NCBI GenBank assembly: GCA_049967655.1
Contig: JBMFSH010000006.1
Coordinates: 32,001-96,000 of the forward strand
Source: Acidobacteriota bacterium
Lineage (GTDB): Bacteria > Acidobacteriota > UBA4820 > DSQY01
Direction of reading: 5' to 3'
DNA length: 64,000 bases
Below, piece by piece: positions 26,977 to 35,876 of this stretch. The first letter of the stretch is position 1, and each line of letters begins with the position of its first letter. Below the pieces are notes generated by a model. The model saw only the letters and a list, made by a program, of their open reading frames with translations, ran no database searches and was not told where the DNA came from. Made by a program: the position numbers and the translations under genes.

Positions 26977-28128
26977 GTGAAGAAGCGGAAAACGACCCGT
27001 AGAATCATCCTGTTGATCATCCTGTGCGCCATCATCTGGTCCGCTTCGGAGTGGCTGGTCCCTCTCCTGGACGGGAGCCAATCCCCGCCCCTGGACCCCA
27101 CGGGGAAGGGAGCCGAGACCCTCCTCTTCGCCGCCCGGCGGGAGGGCGCCGAGCAGCTCTATCCGCAGCGATTTATGGCGTGCCAGGACGCTCTTAAGGA
27201 GGCACGCTTCGAAACCAACCTCCAGCTGGCTTCCCAGTGGGGGACCAGAGATTTCGTCCGGCCCCAGCGCCTCCTGGACGAAGCCCAGGCCCAAGCCTTC
27301 GGTCTTTGGAAGGACGCCGTTGAGCACAGGCGCGAGGTGAGACCGGAGGCGGAGGCCATGATCGCCAGGGCCGACGACTCGCTTCAAAGAAGCGAGGAGG
27401 TGGCCGACCTCAGCCGCCAGGACTATTACACGCGAGGGCACCTGGCCACGGCATTCATGCTGCTTCACCAAGCCCAGTCCTACTATGGCGCTGGCCAGTA
27501 CGACAGGGCCCTCTCCGCCGCAAGCAGCTCTCTGGAGAACAGCAGCAGGGCCCTCAGCCGGTCTCGCGAATACCTGGAGCGCTTCGATGACCCCCACCAT
27601 CTTCGGCTGTGGGAGTTGTGGATCCGCGAGGCGGTCGCCTCATCGAGGAGCACCGGGATTGCCTTCGTGGTGATCAAGGAGAAACACAGGCTGGATGTCT
27701 ACAAGAACGGCCGTCTCGCCCAGTCGTTCCCCGTCGATCTCGGTGCCAATTCCGTGAGCCAGAAGGAGAGGGCCGGAGACAGAGCCACTCCCGAGGGGCT
27801 GTACCGCATCATCCGAAAGAAGGGCCGGGGGGCCACCAAGTACGGGCTCGCGCTCCTCCTCAACTACCCGAACGAAGAGGACCGCCGGCGGTTCGCCGAG
27901 ATGAAGGCCCGTGGGCAGTTGACGCGCCGCACTGGCATCGGTGGCCTCATCGAGATACACGGAACGGGGGGCAGGGGCTATGATTGGACCGACGGATGCA
28001 TAGCCCCGAATGACGAGAACATGGAAAGGCTGTATCATGAGGCGGTGATCGGGACGGTGGTGGCCATCGTGGGCAGCGACGGCAGCGGAGGCCCGATCCG
28101 ATCGGCTCTGATGGAAACGAGGCGATGA
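26977..28128 (+). CDS. L,D-transpeptidase (YkuD) with N-terminal helical domain
   Basis: GDRATPEG, LLNYPN and IEIHG...WTDGCIA motifs. Confidence 0.88.
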   Translation: MKKRKTTRRIILLIILCAIIWSASEWLVPLLDGSQSPPLDPTGKGAETLLFAARREGAEQLYPQRFMACQDALKEARFETNLQLASQWGTRDFVRPQRLLDEAQAQAFGLWKDAVEHRREVRPEAEAMIARADDSLQRSEEVADLSRQDYYTRGHLATAFMLLHQAQSYYGAGQYDRALSAASSSLENSSRALSRSREYLERFDDPHHLRLWELWIREAVASSRSTGIAFVVIKEKHRLDVYKNGRLAQSFPVDLGANSVSQKERAGDRATPEGLYRIIRKKGRGATKYGLALLLNYPNEEDRRRFAEMKARGQLTRRTGIGGLIEIHGTGGRGYDWTDGCIAPNDENMERLYHEAVIGTVVAIVGSDGSGGPIRSALMETRR

Positions 28129-28859
28129 GCGACAACGACACCGATCACTCTTCTCCCCTTTTGCGCGGCATCGAATCGACCAAGAAGGAGCACGCGAGGC
28201 GTGTCCGCCGCACCGTCCTGGTCCTCCTCATCGGCACCGGTCTGCTTTGCGCGGCCGTCGTCCTCTTCGTGCTGTCGACGGGATACGGCTACGCGGACCT
28301 GAATGCGGCCTACATCTCCCGGCACAGCATGGAGGTGCCTCAGACGGGGCCGGTACTGCCCGAGAAGATCCTGGATATGGCCGAAAAGAAACTGGACCAA
28401 GTGAGGCCCAAGGGCATTTTCGTGGTGGTGGACCACATTCGCAACCACCTCTACCTGCGCGACGGAGACAAGGTCATCCTCGATGCCCTCTGCTCGGCCG
28501 GAGCTGGAACTTTGCTGACCGATCCGAAATCGGACCGCCACTGGGTATTCGACACACCCGTGGGCCGTTTCTTCGTCCGGGACAAGCGCAAGGATCCCAC
28601 TTGGACGGCGCCCGATTGGGACTACATCGAATCGGGCGAACCCTTTCCCAAGAACTATGCGGACCGAGTGCAGGAGGGGATGCTGGGTGAGTACGCCCTG
28701 GATTTGGGCGGAGGACCGTCGGGCTACATGATCCATGGCACGCTCTACACCCGCCTCCTGGGACGCAATGTGAGCCACGGGTGCGTAAGGGTCGGGCGGG
28801 ACGACCTCCGCATCATCTGGCAGAAGGTGCCCGTCGGGGCCACGGTGTTCATGTACTGA
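28125..28859 (+). CDS. L,D-transpeptidase (YkuD), membrane-anchored
   Basis: FDTPVG, P.W..PDW and YMIHGT...VSHGCVR motifs. Confidence 0.92.
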   Translation: MSDNDTDHSSPLLRGIESTKKEHARRVRRTVLVLLIGTGLLCAAVVLFVLSTGYGYADLNAAYISRHSMEVPQTGPVLPEKILDMAEKKLDQVRPKGIFVVVDHIRNHLYLRDGDKVILDALCSAGAGTLLTDPKSDRHWVFDTPVGRFFVRDKRKDPTWTAPDWDYIESGEPFPKNYADRVQEGMLGEYALDLGGGPSGYMIHGTLYTRLLGRNVSHGCVRVGRDDLRIIWQKVPVGATVFMY

Positions 28860-29542
28860 TGAAAAAACGACTGCTTTCTCTCGCATTCCTGGCGATCTCC
28901 GTGGTTGCCCTGGCCGGGGTCGTTCGGGTGCTGGCCCAGGCCGAGCCTTCGCAGGAGCCCCTGCCCCTCCGCGCCGCCCTGGCCGAACAGGAGGCCAGGC
29001 TGGCCACCTCGAACACCTTCTACCTCGAACTGGATCTCTCCCATCCTGCCATCAAGCTCTGCCATTCGGGAGTGGCCCTTGCTACCTATCCGATCGACTC
29101 CCTCAAGGTGGGGTATCCACGCATCTTCTTCTTCCCCCGGATGCATGAGGGGAAATGGATCGGCGAAATCTGGACCGGGGGCCACCTCATACCCCCGAAG
29201 ATCATCAACCGGATCCGCATCACGCCGGGAAGCGTGCCTTCGGCTGAAATCGCGGTTCCCGCCTTGATTCCGCCGACCATGTCCGATCTGATCCCCGTTC
29301 CACCCGTCTACACCATCGTTTTCGACGGCGGGAGAGTCATCCGCGTAACTCTGGTCGGAAAGATCACCGGAGCCGTCGGCCAGCCTGACAAGGAGCGGGG
29401 TTGGTGGGCGGACTTCTTGGCGGGTCTGGGCGTCCGGAGGGCGGACTCACTCCGCATCAGCGCCAGCATGCCGGCCAACGACGGGGCCGCCCTCTTCCGG
29501 TCCTTTCCCGACAAGCCTCCAGAACTCCTGATCCTACCGTAG
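28859..29542 (+). CDS. Degenerate YkuD-like protein without catalytic His/Cys
   Basis: Signal/TM segment; FYLELDLS...IKL.HSGV.L..YPI start resembles YkuD; no HG..GC; TGATG coupling. Confidence 0.5.
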   Translation: MKKRLLSLAFLAISVVALAGVVRVLAQAEPSQEPLPLRAALAEQEARLATSNTFYLELDLSHPAIKLCHSGVALATYPIDSLKVGYPRIFFFPRMHEGKWIGEIWTGGHLIPPKIINRIRITPGSVPSAEIAVPALIPPTMSDLIPVPPVYTIVFDGGRVIRVTLVGKITGAVGQPDKERGWWADFLAGLGVRRADSLRISASMPANDGAALFRSFPDKPPELLILP

Positions 29543-30328
29543 GCCCCGGAGCTCAAAGAGGCGAGTCCAAACGGCCGGCTCGACCTGGTTCGGCCTGGCC
29601 AGGCGATCGACCTCCACGCGTTCCAGGATCGCCGGCCAGCTTTCCACCGCATAACCCAGCGAGCGTCCCACCGCGCCCATGGCCTTCCGAGGCGAGGCGA
29701 AGGCCATCCGCAAGAAGGACCAGAAGCGCTCCTGCTCGTTCGGAGGAAGGCTTGCCCGCTCCTTCGGATCGAAGCGGCAGACGGCGGAGATCACCTTCGG
29801 GCAAGGCCTGAAGGCGCCTGGGGGGACCGAGAACAGCAGGCGGCGTTTCCACCAGCCGTCCGTCCAGACGGCGAGGGGGCCGTATCCCTCCCCTCCCGCG
29901 CTCGCACAGAACTTCCAGGCCACCTCCCGCTGGAGCATGACCACGGCGGAAGCCACTTCGCCCGGGCGCGAGAGGATTCTCCGCAAGATCTCCGTCCCCG
30001 CGTTGTAGGGAAGGTTGCCCACCACCAGCCACCTTGCGCCGCTCCCCGCCAGCTTCGGCAGGTCGAGCTCGCGTGCGTCCCCAAGCACTACGCGGAGGTC
30101 GGGCCGCTCTCGCGCGAGGGCCGCCGCCAGCTCCCGGTCCACCTCCACGGCCCACGTGGGAAGGTGCAGGTCGAGGAGACCCGACGTGAGCGCGCCGCCT
30201 CCCGGCCCGATCTCGAGGAGGGCGGTGGCCGAAGTGGAGGCCTCCCTCGCGGCCCCAAGGATTCGCTGAATCCAGACGGAATCCACGAGGAAATGCTGGC
30301 CCAGCGACTTCTTCGCCCGCGCGAGCAT
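29534..30328 (-). CDS. rsmA: 16S rRNA m6,2A dimethyltransferase
   Basis: KKSLGQHFL, LEIGPG, VGNLPYN and MLQREVA motifs. Confidence 0.93.
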   Translation of the reverse strand: MLARAKKSLGQHFLVDSVWIQRILGAAREASTSATALLEIGPGGGALTSGLLDLHLPTWAVEVDRELAAALARERPDLRVVLGDARELDLPKLAGSGARWLVVGNLPYNAGTEILRRILSRPGEVASAVVMLQREVAWKFCASAGGEGYGPLAVWTDGWWKRRLLFSVPPGAFRPCPKVISAVCRFDPKERASLPPNEQERFWSFLRMAFASPRKAMGAVGRSLGYAVESWPAILERVEVDRLARPNQVEPAVWTRLFELRGLR

Positions 30329-30337
30329 GGGCCCGGA

Positions 30338-30940
30338 TCACGCGCCGTGGCGCAGGCGCTCCAGCGCCATGAAGATCTCACGGCCCACCCAGGCGTCCGT
30401 GGCGGCGTAGGAGATCTGGGCGGGGGCGAGTTCCGGCCTGCTCCAGTCCGACATCTTGGCCCGCTTGGAAACGCGGAATCCCAGCAGGCTCGCCGCGAGT
30501 CCCTTCAGGCCGTTGGCGGGGACCCCCGCCTCCGATGATAGTGTGGCGAGATCCACGAATCCCCTCGGTTCGAAGGTGTAGACCTCCTGGAGCTTCCGGA
30601 CATCGTAACCGGGCGCCACGCCCACCTTCAGGACGGCCGGATCGGACAGCAGGGCCAGCACCGGCCCCAGCCGATGGAGCCTCAGGAGCTGGAAGAGATA
30701 GGCTTCGGTGCCGCTGGAGAGCTGGAGGATGGCGGGAGGGTTGACCTGCCCCTTCGCAAAGGAGGGCTTGGTCTCCGTGTCGAAGCCCAGCACTCGTTCG
30801 CGGCCGAGCCGCTCGGCCGCGGAGCCCACCTGGGCGTCCGAATGGACCAGGTAGATGCTCCCCTCGAAACGCCGGATGGGGAGTGCGTTGATCGTCTCGG
30901 CCGTCCATTCCTGCCTGGGATCCGGTGCGGCGCCGTCCAA
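30338..30940 (-). CDS. 3'-5' exonuclease (DEDDy, RNase D/WRN-like)
   Basis: LGFDTETKP, SDW and YAATDAW motifs. Confidence 0.9.
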   Translation of the reverse strand: MDGAAPDPRQEWTAETINALPIRRFEGSIYLVHSDAQVGSAAERLGRERVLGFDTETKPSFAKGQVNPPAILQLSSGTEAYLFQLLRLHRLGPVLALLSDPAVLKVGVAPGYDVRKLQEVYTFEPRGFVDLATLSSEAGVPANGLKGLAASLLGFRVSKRAKMSDWSRPELAPAQISYAATDAWVGREIFMALERLRHGA

Positions 30941-31064
30941 CTCCGCCTCCTGCCTGCTCTCCCGGAATCACTGCGGGATTGATAGTGTAGCACGCCCGCT
31001 CTCCCCCTGGGCCACCTCTCGAACGGCTCCAGTGTTATAGTGATCACAACCAAGGAGGCACGCC

Positions 31065-31271
31065 ATGAACGAGAAGGTGTTCAAGAAGATTCGCGTCGTG
31101 GGCTGCAGCCCGGAGAGCTACCAGAAGGCCGTGGAATCGGCCGTGGTGAAGGCCGGGGCGTCGGTGCACGGTATGGCCTGGTTCGAGGTGGTGGAATTGC
31201 GCGGGGCCATCCAGGACGGCAAGACCTCCGAATGGCAAGCCACCGTGGAGATCGCATTCAAGGTGGAGTAA
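31065..31271 (+). CDS. Dodecin (flavin-binding)
   Basis: VFKKIRVVGCSPES..WFEVVELRG..WQATVEIAFKVE. Confidence 0.92.
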   Translation: MNEKVFKKIRVVGCSPESYQKAVESAVVKAGASVHGMAWFEVVELRGAIQDGKTSEWQATVEIAFKVE

Positions 31272-31439
31272 GGCTGGGGCTGAACCAGGACCAGGCTCCC
31301 GATCCGGAGGATCGTGGAAGAGGCACAGCGTTGTCGTGCCGGTATCTCGGTGCACTCGTCGGAAAGCCCCCACGCCACCGGCGGGACCCTCCTGATCCTT
31401 CAGAGACTTCCCGCGCCGGCCCGTAGAGTTCCTCCGCGC

Positions 31440-31588
31440 CACTCCACCAGAAACGGTCCAGGTCCACGGCGCCGTTCCGGAAGAGCACCCCTTCCGCCTG
31501 GAGCAAGGCCTGCTGGAGGTTGGTCTCTCCGTCGGCCTCCGAAAGAGGAGAGATCCGGCCTCGGACGTTGAGAACCCGGTGCCAGGGC
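31440..31588 (-). pseudogene. C-terminal remnant of an alkyltransferase-like (ATL/MGMT) gene
   Basis: PWHRVLNVRGRIS...QQALLQAEGVLF..GAVDLDRFWW; N-terminal half missing. Confidence 0.75.
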
Positions 31589-31765
31589 GCTGATGAGGCG
31601 GTCGTTCGTCCCGCAGCAGCCGCCCAGGAGGTTGAGCCCCCACCGTCGCCGGAGGCCCAGCGTCTGCGCGGCGAGGGACTAGGGCGAGTCGGAGGCCTCC
31701 AGAACGGGGCTTTCTCCCAGCCCTTCGGGGGCCGTGTCCGAGCCCTTGGCCTGCAGGCCAAGCCA
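31580..31765 (-). pseudogene. C-terminal remnant of a homocysteine S-methyltransferase-family gene
   Basis: GLQAKGSDTAPEGL...DSP*SLAAQTLGLRRRWGLNLLGGCCGTNDRLISALA; in-frame TAG at 31679-31681. Confidence 0.7.
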
Positions 31766-31839
31766 TGGCTGGACGAGCCATCCAGGCCAGAGGCCCTCGC
31801 GAAGCGGCCAGCGGGCACGAAGGGCTCGCAACGCTCGAT

Positions 31840-33183
31840 TCATGATGGACCTCTCCTGGAGTTCAAGAGGCGCCCGGGGGCCGTGGCGCGGCGGAAGGAG
31901 GGCATGAGGAAGAGGACGGCGGCGATCCGGCCGAAGAGGAGGGCCCCCGCGGCGGCCGTGGCCCCCACCAGCCCGGCCGTTCGGATACCCACGAAGAGCG
32001 CGAGCGCGATGCTGGCCACCTCCAGGGCGGTGGCGAAACTGACGGGCCGCGTGTTGCGGGCCGATACCAGCATGCCGTGCTGAAAGGAGAGGAGCACGGA
32101 GAAGGCGGGCATGATCGCCATGATGCGGGTGGGCACGACCGCCACGCTCGCCAGGGCCGGCGAGAGCCCCGAGAGCCCCCGCAGCCAGAGGTGCAAGAGG
32201 GGGCTGAAGGCGATGACCGCCAGCCCTCCCGCGGCCGCCGCCGCCAGGGCGCTGGCGAAGCGTCGCAGCGGACGGTACCCCTCACGCTGGGGCCCGGCGA
32301 GGGCGATGCTCACGTCCTGGAAGGCCAGCCCGAGGCTTCGGAAGATGAACACGAGGGCGTTGACCACCGGGAGCACGGCCAGGGACTCGATGCCCAGGCG
32401 GCTGGAGGGCATGAAGAAGGTGACGAGCGGGTTGACCCCCATGCTCAGGATGGAGGTGAGGGCCAAGGGGGTATAGAAGTGCCAGATGTAGCGGTAGCTG
32501 AGCGGCTCCGGCCCCGCACCGCCGGAAGCCGTCCCCTTCATCGCCCGAAGGAGCCGCTGCGCCATCAGCCGGCTGGAAACCGCCTCCACTACGACCCCCG
32601 CCGACAAGGAGGCGGCGCCCACCACGGCGCCGGGCGCGTGCCAGCCGAGGGAGAGCAGGAGCGCGACGCCCCCCATGGAGACCACGCGAAGAACGGTGCC
32701 GTAGGCCACCCGCCGTGCGAGGCCGTTCCGGACGAGGATGCCCTGATAGAAGCGGCGGTATCCGATGGATGCGGGCCAGGGCAGGAGGAGCAGGCACGCC
32801 AGGTGGGTCAACCCCACGAGGTTCTCGGGAAGTCCCATCAGCCCGCCGGCCACGCGCTCGAAAAGCGGAGGCCAAAGGCTCACGGCCATGATGGACGTCA
32901 GGGCCGCGTTCAGGGAGAAGACGAAATTCCTCAGCTTCAGGTAGCAGGCCCAGTCCTCGGCGAGCGCCGTGGAGGTGCTCATGACGAGGAGGATGGGCGA
33001 TTCCACGAGGAGGGCCACGGCGTAGGCCACGCCGTAAGCGGCCAGGTTAAGGGTGGGGGACGGCAAGCGGGCGATGACCGCGGCGAGGAAGGGTCCCTCC
33101 ACCGACATCATCAGCCACGTCCCGGCCAGAGGCGCCCAGAAGGCCAGAATGCGCCGCTGCGTCAGACTGGATTCGCCAGCCAC
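31840..33183 (-). CDS. MATE/ANKH-like multi-pass transporter
   Basis: About 12 TM segments in two repeats; FWAPLA..., LAAYGVAY...ESP motifs. Confidence 0.7.
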   Translation of the reverse strand: MAGESSLTQRRILAFWAPLAGTWLMMSVEGPFLAAVIARLPSPTLNLAAYGVAYAVALLVESPILLVMSTSTALAEDWACYLKLRNFVFSLNAALTSIMAVSLWPPLFERVAGGLMGLPENLVGLTHLACLLLLPWPASIGYRRFYQGILVRNGLARRVAYGTVLRVVSMGGVALLLSLGWHAPGAVVGAASLSAGVVVEAVSSRLMAQRLLRAMKGTASGGAGPEPLSYRYIWHFYTPLALTSILSMGVNPLVTFFMPSSRLGIESLAVLPVVNALVFIFRSLGLAFQDVSIALAGPQREGYRPLRRFASALAAAAAGGLAVIAFSPLLHLWLRGLSGLSPALASVAVVPTRIMAIMPAFSVLLSFQHGMLVSARNTRPVSFATALEVASIALALFVGIRTAGLVGATAAAGALLFGRIAAVLFLMPSFRRATAPGRLLNSRRGPS

Positions 33184-33353
33184 GGTCCCCTCCCCGGCGC
33201 GGCGTCCCTCCGCCCGGGGATGTCGCGGATCTCACCTTAGCCCGTCCGCGACTCCCGGGGCAAGACCGATCAGGACCCCCTCGCACTGAGGGGGTCCGCC
33301 AGACGTCCGGCACCTCGCCGGGCACTCCTGGGGCGTGATCGGACCGGTTCGGT

Positions 33354-33626
33354 TCAGCCCTCTACGGCCTCGTCCTTCTTGAGCTTTCGCTGGTACGCGC
33401 TCTTGCCTTCGGCGTAGGCCTCCTTGATGGCCTGCCTCTGAAGGTCGGCGATCTCCTTGGCGTGGTCCAGCTCCTCCGCCGCCTTCTCCTTGGCCCGCCT
33501 GAGGCCCTCGGCCAGCTTCTTTCTCGTCTCGGTCCCCGAGGCGGGGGCCAGGAGGAGCGCGGCGACTCCACCCGCCACGGCGCCCACTAGAAACGCCACC
33601 AGAACGTTAGATGTCTCTTTCTTCAT
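33354..33626 (-). CDS. YtxH-like protein
   Basis: FLVGAVAGGVAALLLAPASGTETR. Confidence 0.85.
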   Translation of the reverse strand: MKKETSNVLVAFLVGAVAGGVAALLLAPASGTETRKKLAEGLRRAKEKAAEELDHAKEIADLQRQAIKEAYAEGKSAYQRKLKKDEAVEG

Positions 33627-34053
33627 CGGAATCCTCCTTGTCATCATGCCCATCGTGATCCGTGCCCAGGAGAAGACTCTCCAGGGTTTTGCGCAATCCC
33701 GTAACGAGGGCCGCGAGATACCGCACGGGGGCCAAGACCGTGGCCACCTGGGCCACCGTAGCCTGGGCCACGTCGCGCACGGAGCTCGACACCGCGGCCA
33801 GGTCCTTCACCACCCCTTCGCTGCCCTCCACCACGCGGCGGGCCGCCGCCAAGGTGCCGTCAGCGCTCTCCAGGACCCGCTCGATCCTGGGCGCGATCCC
33901 TTCGGCCCGCGAGGCCAGCCTGCGCCAGTCGTCGAGGAGGAGGGAGAGCTTCCGAAGCACGGCCAGGAAATAGGCCAGCACCCCGAGGCACACGAGCCCG
34001 AGTACGAAGAGAAACACATCCCGCAACGAGAAGGTGATGGTCATGGCGCTCAC
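33607..34053 (-). CDS. DUF948-like membrane-anchored coiled-coil protein
   Basis: N-terminal TM plus coiled coil; adjacent to YtxH. Confidence 0.6.
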   Translation of the reverse strand: MSAMTITFSLRDVFLFVLGLVCLGVLAYFLAVLRKLSLLLDDWRRLASRAEGIAPRIERVLESADGTLAAARRVVEGSEGVVKDLAAVSSSVRDVAQATVAQVATVLAPVRYLAALVTGLRKTLESLLLGTDHDGHDDKEDSDEERDI

Positions 34054-34226
34054 CGTGCTTTCCCCCGTTCAGAAAAGGCCACGGCCCGTCCGGGCCTGGC
34101 CGAATGCCATACTCTGGCTACTCATAGGTTCATGATAGCCTCCCGCGAGGGTTCGTGCAAACGGACCGTTTGGAACTGGCTCGGGCTTCCAATCCGGGGA
34201 GGTTGGGAGATGAGGCCCAAGAGAAC

Positions 34227-34277
34227 CCCGCCCGGCGGGCCTCCGGCCTCGATCCAGTGGAGGTCCTGAGGGAGGTG
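34227..34277 (+). pseudogene. C-terminal scar of a MacB/FtsX-type ABC permease
   Basis: PARRASGLDPVEVLRE matches the PARRAxxLDPVEALR terminal motif. Confidence 0.5.
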
Positions 34278-34487
34278 AGGGCGGGGCCCCGCGGAGGACT
34301 GCGCATCGGTAAACCCCTGAAGGGGGGCATCATCACCTTCCCGGGTGCTTTGCGCCCCCCACCGGCGGGGAGGGTGCAAGGGGGTGACATTTCTCGCCGG
34401 ACGCGGTAAGGTTCCAACGTTGGGGTGCGGGGTCCCGGGGGTCCGGTGCCGTTGGTGCGCAAGCCCCGAGAAGGAGCGCGTTGCGCC

Positions 34488-34979
34488 ATGTCCGAACCCA
34501 TGAAGATCGCCCAGGATTGCGTGGTCACCATCGACTACATCCTCACCGACGACGCCGGCGCCGTCATCGACAGCAGCTCGGACGGCGAGCCCCTCACCTA
34601 CCTCCACGGCCACTCCCAGATCATCCCCGGCCTCGAAAAGGCGCTCGAGGGGAAGGTCAAGGGCGAGAAACACCAGATGCACGTCCCAGCCGCCGAAGGT
34701 TACGGCGACCACGACCCCGAGAAGGTCTTCACCGAGCCGCGCGACCGCTTCGACTTCGAGGTGGAGCCAGGCCAGATCCTCCAGGCCCACAGCGAGGACG
34801 GCGAGACCCTCACCTTCCAGGTCGTCGAGGTCAGCGACCAGGGGGTGAAGCTCGACGGAAACCATCCCTTGGCCGGAAAGAACCTCAACTTCGACGTGAC
34901 CGTCATCGAGGTCCGCGCCGCCGCCGCCGAGGAGCTGGAGCACGGCCACGCCCACTCGGGCGACGGCCACCACCACTGA
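34488..34979 (+). CDS. slyD: FKBP-type PPIase SlyD
   Basis: YLHGHSQIIPGLE and DGNHPLAGKNL motifs; His-rich tail. Confidence 0.93.
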   Translation: MSEPMKIAQDCVVTIDYILTDDAGAVIDSSSDGEPLTYLHGHSQIIPGLEKALEGKVKGEKHQMHVPAAEGYGDHDPEKVFTEPRDRFDFEVEPGQILQAHSEDGETLTFQVVEVSDQGVKLDGNHPLAGKNLNFDVTVIEVRAAAAEELEHGHAHSGDGHHH

Positions 34980-34990
34980 GGGAGCCCGCG

Positions 34991-35785
34991 ATGAGCGCCC
35001 AGCCCTTGCGCATCCCCTTCTACCAGGTGGACGCCTTCACGAGCCGCCTTTTCGGGGGCAACCCGGCGGGCGTCTGCCTGCTGGAGAGCTGGCTCCCCGC
35101 GGAGGTCATGCAGGCCGTCGCCGCCGAGAACAACCTCTCGGAGACGGCCTTCCTCGTGAAGGAGGGCGACGCCTGGGGCCTGCGCTGGTTCACCCCCGAG
35201 GTGGAGGTGGACCTGTGCGGCCATGCCACCCTGGCGAGCGGCTTCGTGTTGCTGAAGGTCCTGCGCGAGGCGGCGGGCACGGTGCGCTTCTCCACCCAGA
35301 GCGGCCCCCTCGCCGTGAAGGAGGAGGGGGACCTCCTCTCCATGGACTTCCCCTCCCGGCCGGGCGAGCCCTGCCAGGCTCCCCCGCGCCTCCTGGAGGG
35401 GATCGGCCTCGCCGCCGCGGAGGTGAGGCGCTCGCGGGACTACCTGGTGGTGGTGGAGAGCGAGGAGCAGGTCCGGGGGCTGAAGCCCGACATGGCCATG
35501 CTCGCGGGCCTGGAGGCCCTGGGGATCATTCTGACGGCCCCGGGACGCACCTGCGACTTCGTCTCGCGCTTTTTCGCCCCCGGTGCCGGCGTCCCGGAGG
35601 ACCCGGTTACCGGCTCGGCCCACTGCACCCTCGTCCCCTACTGGTCCCGCCGCCTGGGGAAGAAGCGGCTGCACGCCCTCCAGGTCTCCGCCCGAGGCGG
35701 CGAGCTCTTCTGTGAAGACCGCGGCGAGAGGGTCTCCATCGCAGGAACCGCCGCCCTCTACCTCCAGGGCCACATCCTGCTCTGA
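34991..35785 (+). CDS. PhzF-family isomerase
   Basis: QVDAFT..GGNPA, NLSETAF, LCGHATLA and EDPVTGSAH motifs. Confidence 0.93.
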   Translation: MSAQPLRIPFYQVDAFTSRLFGGNPAGVCLLESWLPAEVMQAVAAENNLSETAFLVKEGDAWGLRWFTPEVEVDLCGHATLASGFVLLKVLREAAGTVRFSTQSGPLAVKEEGDLLSMDFPSRPGEPCQAPPRLLEGIGLAAAEVRRSRDYLVVVESEEQVRGLKPDMAMLAGLEALGIILTAPGRTCDFVSRFFAPGAGVPEDPVTGSAHCTLVPYWSRRLGKKRLHALQVSARGGELFCEDRGERVSIAGTAALYLQGHILL

Positions 35786-35876
35786 AGCCGAAGGGCGCAG
35801 GGGGTTGACCAACCGCGCCCTGGAGAGCGCTCCTACAGCGGCGGCCCCCCGGCGGGATTGTAGAAACAGCCCCTCC

